Assembly: GCA_965655975.1 (NCBI GenBank)
Contig: CBFHIS010000004.1
Location: 4,428-68,427 of the forward strand
Length of the DNA: 64,000 bases
DNA from: Wenzhouxiangella sp.
GTDB taxonomy: Bacteria > Pseudomonadota > Gammaproteobacteria > Xanthomonadales > Wenzhouxiangellaceae
Reading direction: 5' to 3'
Both the position numbers and the translations under genes were made by a program. This document shows positions 60,245 through 64,000 of this stretch, piece by piece (position 1 is the stretch's first letter; each line of letters starts with the position of its first letter). Under the pieces are notes generated by a model. That model was not told the DNA's origin. It saw only the letters and a program-made list of their open reading frames with translations, and did not search any database.

Positions 60245-61077
60245 CCATGACAGAGCTAACTCACCAGACCCAGCCCGCGATTGAGTTTGAAGACATCACG
60301 CTGATTTTGGGCGAGCGCACGATATTAGAGGGTCTTAATTTAAGCATCCCCTCTGGTCAGGTCACCGCCCTGATGGGTCCGAGTGGCGCTGGTAAAACCA
60401 CATTGTTAAAGCTCATTACAGGCCAACTAAGACCAGACCAGGGTCGCGTGGTGGTCAATGGCGTGGTGGTCAATGAGTTAACTTCAAAAGAACTCAATCA
60501 GTACCGAAAAAACGTGGGTGTGTTGTTACAAAATGGCGCTTTGTTCACGGATCTGACCGTTTTTGACAACATCGCCCTGCCCCTTCGTGAGCACACCAAG
60601 CTCGACGAGACTTTAATCCGGCGCGTGGTGCTACTCAAGCTCCATACTGTCGGCCTGAGAGGCGCTGCCAACTTATATCCCAGAGAACTTTCTGGGGGCA
60701 TGAATCGACGCATTGCCATGGCCCGCGCAATGGCTTTAGACCCTGGCCTGATGCTCTACGATGAGCCCTTCGCGGGATTGGACCCAATCTCCATGAGCAT
60801 TTCTCTTCGATTGATTCGGCAAGTCAACGAGGCACTTGGCATGACGAGCATCGTGGTCACGCACGATGTTCACGAAGTCAGCAAGCTCGCGCATTTGGCC
60901 TGCATCATTGCCAATGGGCACCTTATCGCGTCGGCCTCGCCACAGGAACTGGCCAACAGCGAGGAAGCTTTGGTGCGCCAGTTCATGCAAGGGCTGCCCG
61001 ATGGCCCAGTGGCTTTTCATTATCCAGCCGAGAGTTTGTCGGACGATCTGCTGGGCTCGGGAGAAAATCATGCTTAG
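60241..61077 (+). CDS. mlaF: Mla ABC ATPase
   Basis: [22 protein letters not shown]; first gene of the mla operon. Confidence 0.93.
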   Translation: MTMTELTHQTQPAIEFEDITLILGERTILEGLNLSIPSGQVTALMGPSGAGKTTLLKLITGQLRPDQGRVVVNGVVVNELTSKELNQYRKNVGVLLQNGALFTDLTVFDNIALPLREHTKLDETLIRRVVLLKLHTVGLRGAANLYPRELSGGMNRRIAMARAMALDPGLMLYDEPFAGLDPISMSISLRLIRQVNEALGMTSIVVTHDVHEVSKLAHLACIIANGHLIASASPQELANSEEALVRQFMQGLPDGPVAFHYPAESLSDDLLGSGENHA

Positions 61078-61810
61078 TGGCCTAAGAGAAATGGGTCGAG
61101 CGGTGCTGTTTTTAGGGCAGGCAATCAGCCGCATGCGTTTTAGCAAGCTTCAGTTTGGTGAGACCTTGCGACAGATTTACTATGCCGGTGCTCGCTCTTT
61201 GGTGATCATTGTGACTTGTGGGTTTTTTGTCGGCTTGGTTTTAACGTTGCAAACCTATGACACACTCACCAGATTTGGCGCGGCCGATGCCGCCAGCACC
61301 GTTTTGGCTTTATCTCTTTTCAGAGAATTGGGCCCTGTGCTCACCGCCATCTTATTTGCGGGGCGAGCGGGCACCTCGATTACAGCCGAAATCGGCTTAA
61401 TGAGGGCAACTGAGCAATTGGATGCGCTCGACTTGATGGCCATTGACCCCATGGAGCGCATCGTTCAGCCCCGACTGATCGCGGGTCTAATCGCTGTCCC
61501 TGCCCTCGTGGTGATTTTTAATATGATGGCCCTGCTTGGGGGTGTATTTTTTGCTGTCTTTGTGATGGGCAATGACCCAGTGAGCTTTTGGGGCAACATG
61601 CAAAATTCAGTCGAGTTTGGTCGAGACTTTTTGCACGGGCTGGGCAAATCCGTCGGATTTGGCCTGCTGGCCGCTTGGCTGGCTGTTTATTATGGCTGGT
61701 CTGCCAAGGCCACCAGCGAGGGCGTGGCGCTCGCCACCACCCAAACCGTCATTGCCACCGCCATTTCGGTCCTGATTCTTGACTTTGTCTTGTCAGCTTT
61801 CATGCTTTAA
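61070..61810 (+). CDS. mlaE: Mla permease
   Basis: RELGPVLTAILFAGRAGTSITAE, EQLDAL, TTQTV. Confidence 0.95.
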   Translation: MLSGLREMGRAVLFLGQAISRMRFSKLQFGETLRQIYYAGARSLVIIVTCGFFVGLVLTLQTYDTLTRFGAADAASTVLALSLFRELGPVLTAILFAGRAGTSITAEIGLMRATEQLDALDLMAIDPMERIVQPRLIAGLIAVPALVVIFNMMALLGGVFFAVFVMGNDPVSFWGNMQNSVEFGRDFLHGLGKSVGFGLLAAWLAVYYGWSAKATSEGVALATTQTVIATAISVLILDFVLSAFML

Positions 61811-61821
61811 TTGTTCAAAGG

Positions 61822-62289
61822 ATGTCCATGAAATCATCAAATCAAATCGAACTGACCGCTGGTATCTTTCTGGCCCTTGCGATAGCGGCCCTGATTTTCT
61901 TGGCCCTGCAAGCCACTGATCGGGGTGTGATATCCAATGGCGGCTATGAAATTAGCGCCACGTTTACCAACATCGGCGGCCTCAAACCCAAGGCATCCGT
62001 CAGCATGGGCGGAGTCACCATTGGTTCGGTTCAACGCATCGAGCTAGACCCGCAAACCTTTGAGGCGCGTGTGTATATGCTCATCTCTGATGCCTATTCC
62101 GATCTTCCAGAAGACACCTCAGCCTCGATTTTGACCGCCGGCATTTTGGGTGATCAATACGTCGGCTTGGAACCAGGTGGCTCTCCAGTGGCACTACAAG
62201 ATGGTGACCAAGTCCTACTCACCAACTCAGCGATGGTGCTTGAGCAAATGATCAGCAAATACCTTTTTAGTGGAGACGGGCAAGAATGA
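61822..62289 (+). CDS. mlaD: MCE-domain protein
   Basis: FTNIGGLK, GVTIGSV, TAGILGDQY. Confidence 0.95.
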   Translation: MSMKSSNQIELTAGIFLALAIAALIFLALQATDRGVISNGGYEISATFTNIGGLKPKASVSMGGVTIGSVQRIELDPQTFEARVYMLISDAYSDLPEDTSASILTAGILGDQYVGLEPGGSPVALQDGDQVLLTNSAMVLEQMISKYLFSGDGQE

Positions 62290-62918
62290 CCTCAGCAAAA
62301 AAACCATTTCTTTTGATTCTTCTCGCACTCTCTGTGGGCCTCCTCAGTCAGGCAAGCTGGGCACAATCGCCACCCGATCAATTGATTGCAGACCTCACCG
62401 ATGAGCTCTACACACTGATTGACGAGAATCGAGAACTATATGAAAGCGATACCGAAGCCCTCAAATCAGATGTCAATGATCGGATGCGAGAGCACATTGA
62501 TGCCGTTTATTCGGGGCGACTGGTCTTAGGACGACACGGCCGCGGCTTGGATGCGGAAAAAATTGCCGCTTTTGCCGATGCGCTGGGTGCTTCATTGATG
62601 AATGAATACGCCACTCGTTTGTTGGACTTCGATAGCCAAAACACGGTTGAAGTGATGCCACTGGAGACCGATCAAGATCCGCGAAGAACACGTGTGCGCA
62701 CCCGCCTCAAGCTCGACAACGGCTCAATCATGCCCATTGACTATGTGATGCGCCAACAAGATGGTCGTTGGTTGGTTTTTGATGTCATCGCTGAAGGCAT
62801 TTCCTACGTCGCCACTTTCCGAAATCAAGTTGGCGAGCAGATCTCGCGCCAAGGCTTTGATGCCACTTTGGCTGGGCTGCAAAAAGGTGAAGTGGTCTTG
62901 GATGCCAACGAATTATGA
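62286..62918 (+). CDS. mlaC: Periplasmic phospholipid shuttle
   Basis: Signal peptide; WLVFDVIAEGISYVATFRNQ. Confidence 0.92.
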   Translation: MTSAKKPFLLILLALSVGLLSQASWAQSPPDQLIADLTDELYTLIDENRELYESDTEALKSDVNDRMREHIDAVYSGRLVLGRHGRGLDAEKIAAFADALGASLMNEYATRLLDFDSQNTVEVMPLETDQDPRRTRVRTRLKLDNGSIMPIDYVMRQQDGRWLVFDVIAEGISYVATFRNQVGEQISRQGFDATLAGLQKGEVVLDANEL

Positions 62919-63241
62919 GCGAGTCTGAGCACGTCATGCGACCCGCAGGATCGCTGACCATGAAAGAGGTGCCGATTTGGCACAGCAAGACCCAGAGCCT
63001 CGCAGCTTTGCCAAGTATCGTTGACTTATCAGACGTTGAACGAACCGACTCAAGTGCGCTGGCATGGCTTTTGACCTTACAGTCAAGAGCCCAAAAAGAA
63101 CACACGACCATTCGATTTGAACATCCACCGCAGGCCCTTCTAACGCTTGCCCAACTGAGTGGCGTGCAGGCGCTTCTTGGCTGGGGCAAGCCAACAGATG
63201 CGGCCGGCGAACAGAATGCAGATGAGATCACTGATGACTAA
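62915..63241 (+). CDS. mlaB: STAS-domain protein
   Basis: VDLSDVERTDSSALAWLL. Confidence 0.88.
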   Translation: MSESEHVMRPAGSLTMKEVPIWHSKTQSLAALPSIVDLSDVERTDSSALAWLLTLQSRAQKEHTTIRFEHPPQALLTLAQLSGVQALLGWGKPTDAAGEQNADEITDD

Positions 63242-63992
63242 ATTGACCCCCCTGACCCGATTGGCTCTTGGACTCGTTGCGCTTTTGCTGACCATTGGTT
63301 GTGCCACCACCAGTCAGGAGTTGGCAGCGCCATCGCCCGACGACCCGTGGGAATCCACCAATCGCTCTGTGTATGCATTCAATAAAACCGTTGACCATGC
63401 GTTGCTTCGGCCGGTCGCGCACACCTACGACAGCATCACACCCAGGCCTGCCAAAGCTGGCATCAGCAATTTTTTCGACAACCTTGCATCACCCTGGGTC
63501 ACCAGCCAGCTGTTGCTGCAAGGGCGTTTTTCGGATGGATCAGAACAATTCGGGCGCTTTTTAGTCAACACTGTCTATGGCGTGGGTGGGCTATTTGATG
63601 TGGCAGACCGCAACAACTTGCCCAACCATGAGACAGACCTCGGCATCACCTTGGCCACTTGGGGCTGGGAGAACTCTAGATTCATCATGTTGCCTTTGTT
63701 GGGCCCTGCCACTGTTCGAGACGGTCTGGGACAAATCACCGAAATGACACTTGATCCTGTGGATCAGGCACTCAGAGATCGAACTGGCGCAGGCATCACT
63801 GCCTTGAATGTGGTCCAGATGCGGGCCGGTTTCTTGGGCGTCGACCAAACGCTTAATGAGGCTTATGATGAGTATGCCTTTGTTCGCGATGGCTGGATCC
63901 AGCGTCGAAATTTTCAGATCTTTGGGGACCAAGCCGACCTGCCCGACTATGACGCCTTTCTAGAGGAAGACCATGACACACCCAGCCCCTGA
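63234..63992 (+). CDS. mlaA: VacJ/MlaA outer-membrane lipoprotein
   Basis: Lipobox TIGC, DPWESTNR, RFLVNT, LPLLGPATVRD, YAFVRD. Confidence 0.95.
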   Translation: MTKLTPLTRLALGLVALLLTIGCATTSQELAAPSPDDPWESTNRSVYAFNKTVDHALLRPVAHTYDSITPRPAKAGISNFFDNLASPWVTSQLLLQGRFSDGSEQFGRFLVNTVYGVGGLFDVADRNNLPNHETDLGITLATWGWENSRFIMLPLLGPATVRDGLGQITEMTLDPVDQALRDRTGAGITALNVVQMRAGFLGVDQTLNEAYDEYAFVRDGWIQRRNFQIFGDQADLPDYDAFLEEDHDTPSP

Positions 63993-64000
63993 GAAAGCCG

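Noticed and set aside
1-64000. CRISPR arrays, IS elements, REP repeats, rRNA/tRNA
   Set aside because: No regularly spaced repeats, transposases, terminal inverted repeats or RNA gene signatures seen by eye

Overview
A densely packed, mostly housekeeping 64-kb region of a gammaproteobacterial chromosome. Gene orders carA-carB-greA-(rpfE-like)-recJ, prfB-lysS and lptM-dapF-DUF484-xerC-hslVU suggest a Xanthomonadales/Wenzhouxiangella-like lineage (inference from synteny, not a search). I see no tRNA, rRNA, CRISPR array, IS or prophage. The main accessory element is a ~6.3-kb phototrophy cassette: a DTE-motif, Gly-fenestrated xanthorhodopsin-type pump plus crtE-crtI-crtB-crtY-blh, inserted in opposite orientation between recJ and prfB. 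It has a strong sigma70 promoter, a ~120-nt structured leader that can sequester the Shine-Dalgarno (SD), and an intrinsic terminator between the rhodopsin and the retinal genes. Other leads: an ACAD10/11- or LvaAC-like kinase/acyl-CoA dehydrogenase pair co-oriented with ydbST and prpBC; a recurrent leaderless-mRNA promoter architecture, including two divergent genes that share one CATG; an overlooked LptM lipoprotein gene; and an 82-aa orphan ORF where hemC-hemD would be expected. All annotations rest on motif recognition from memory; no searches or folding programs were run.
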